Shown here: positions 62,110-64,000 of the stretch, piece after piece
Layout: every line of letters starts with the position of its first letter
Numbering within the stretch: position 1 is the first letter of the stretch
Assembly: GCA_040954595.2 (NCBI GenBank)
Contig: CM082586.2
Coordinates: forward strand, 3,950,349 to 4,014,348
Source of the DNA: Balanoglossus misakiensis
Taxonomy: Eukaryota > Animalia > Hemichordata
Length of the DNA stretch: 64,000 bases
Direction of reading: 5' to 3'
Translations under genes and position numbers: made by a program
Notes under the pieces: model-generated
What the model was told of the DNA's origin: nothing
Database searches by the model: none
What the model saw: only the letters and a program-made list of their open reading frames with translations

Positions 62110-64000
62110 GTAAGTCGATCTGACTGGTACATTGATTCGGTTCATGTATTTTTTTAAGAGTAGCCATTCCAGATGTATAGCTAGCTATGTGAAATTTCTC
62201 TTTGTAAACATTGCATGTGTTGACACTATATTCAGAGCAGAAAGTCCAAGCAAATTCTACAATGAACACCACAGAAACACTAGGATCTTGCTTCACCCTG
62301 CTATGTACCTTTAGCATCTCATGCAGTGGTTGCGAAGGTCCCCGGCAACCATTGAGACCTGCTGTTTGGACCACGACCCGACATCCATGTAGATCCAGTT
62401 CAAGTCGAAGATGACACATTTGCAGCACAAATAAATATGATAAGCAAAAATGAGTGCTTACACTAACATAGATAATGATAGATACGTTCAATTGAGAAAT
62501 AAATGTATAAAATTGATAAATGGTTATTTTATATGATGTACAGGTACTTGTTAATGTTGTATGCTTGTCAAAAATACTTCTTTATGAAGTATTCAATAGA
62601 GTTATACATAATATGACATGTCTTGTTGACATAAGAGATATTTATTAGCACTGGGTTAGGTCCAAGAGAAAGAAATCCTTTGTATGCCTTTCAGCAAAAA
62701 AAAATGAATACATGTTTATGCATGGCTGATGGAATTCTTTCTGAAAACCTAAGTTTCATATACTGGTAGACTCTTTCTTTTGCAAATCTATTATTTTTTG
62801 TCATTAATGCAAAGTTGTCTTGATGCTAGAAGTAACAGATAGTCTGTACGTCTGTTCTGTGAAGCTGCCACCAGCGAGGCAAATTGTGCAGTTTGTTCAG
62901 TGACTGCAGTTGATATGAAAGTTGGACAGTTGCCAAGGAAAAAAATCTGGCAGGCTGCCAAAGGGCTAAGCGGTTCACACAATTCATTGTGCACGGAACA
63001 CAATCGCCGACTGAGGCAGAAGATTTATCCAATCAGTGGATTTCTTTCATACGGGCATCACTGCACAGTCCAATCAAAGCAGTTCTTCTACAGAGGTTTT
63101 AAGCTACATTGGTCCAATGGGGTTACTCTCAATTGCAAGCAGTGGCTGTGTTCAAAAAGGGAAATCTGTGACCAGAATCCGCCATAGTTGCATATTTCAT
63201 GTAAAAATTCAGTTGCCTTTGTGTTGATTTTGGTATACACATATCACAGATATACCTGAAATTTTCCTTTCACAATGGAATTCATGCACTATTCACTAAC
63301 CATGAAGTAATGGTTCCCATGCAATAAAATGGTAATATACGCTTAAATTTATTTGCTTGTGACTTACAACGATACATGAGAAAAAAGGACGGGGTCGTAC
63401 ATTCTTGTATAAAAGTCCCTGACTTCTTAAACCGTTGCTGGAGTGACCTCGAAAGGTGAAAAGTCATTGCTGGAATGTCCTCGAAAATTGATACTGCTAC
63501 CCTGGGCGGCACTGCGAAATTTCGAAATTATTTTCGACTCAATTACTGTACAACATCTTCTGTAAAATGGCATTTGAAATATCAAGTGATTGCATGTTCC
63601 TCATGATTCAATTTAGATTGCTCCAACTGTGTTGTATTCCAGTGTAAGTCTACAAAGATAGCCATATTTAGAGATTTGATCTGAATGAAATTAATAACCT
63701 GAGTGTAAGTGATACAACAAGTCCAATACTTCAAAATGCATGGAACAGCTTTCCCATGACCTTGAGAAGCCTGTAGAGGTCACATGAAAGTACGCCTCGA
63801 GGTCATGTTATACATATGGTAGGTCATGTGAACTAGTTGCCCTCGACAGAAGTAAAATTTGCGGGTCATATGAGGAAAACCGCATTAAAAACCATAAAAA
63901 TGAAATTTAATCAAATTTGGGCAGAATTTGATGTTTTTTATCGTGTACTGATAATTCTATTCAGGTGTTGTGTGTGGTAACTGTTCCCACCCCAGTGGAG

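Noticed and set aside
1-64000. Prokaryotic systems (CRISPR arrays, operons, defence islands), rRNA or tRNA genes
   Set aside because: The window is spliceosomal-intron-rich animal DNA; no repeat-spacer array or structural RNA gene was recognised.

Overview
Intron-rich animal genomic DNA, not prokaryotic. The gene style suggests a marine invertebrate deuterostome such as a hemichordate, but that assignment is inference. By splicing exons by hand at GT-AG sites I reconstructed 12 protein-coding genes. In order: two paralogous CRAL-TRIO (alpha-TTP/clavesin-like) genes that flank a head-to-head pair of death-fold genes (a ZU5-UPA-Death protein on the minus strand, and a RING-less DED + TRADD-N-like + B-box/coiled-coil/filamin/NHL fusion on the plus strand); CEP164; a small two-exon single-C2H2-finger gene; a CXorf65/C22orf15-like gene; an SLC17/sialin-like transporter; CSTF1; two tandem small secreted-peptide genes; and the 5' part of an intron-containing HPS6-like gene. 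The strongest unexplained signal is a cluster of eight miR-34/449-type seed matches (five perfect CACTGCCA 8-mers) within about 1 kb downstream of the zinc-finger gene. Other highlights are the DED/TRADD-N/TRIM-NHL fusion, a 12-nt CEP164 microexon, a 903-nt CEP164 exon that repeats a C-terminal motif, and the candidate antimicrobial or signalling peptide pair. All family assignments come from motif recognition; no database searches were run.
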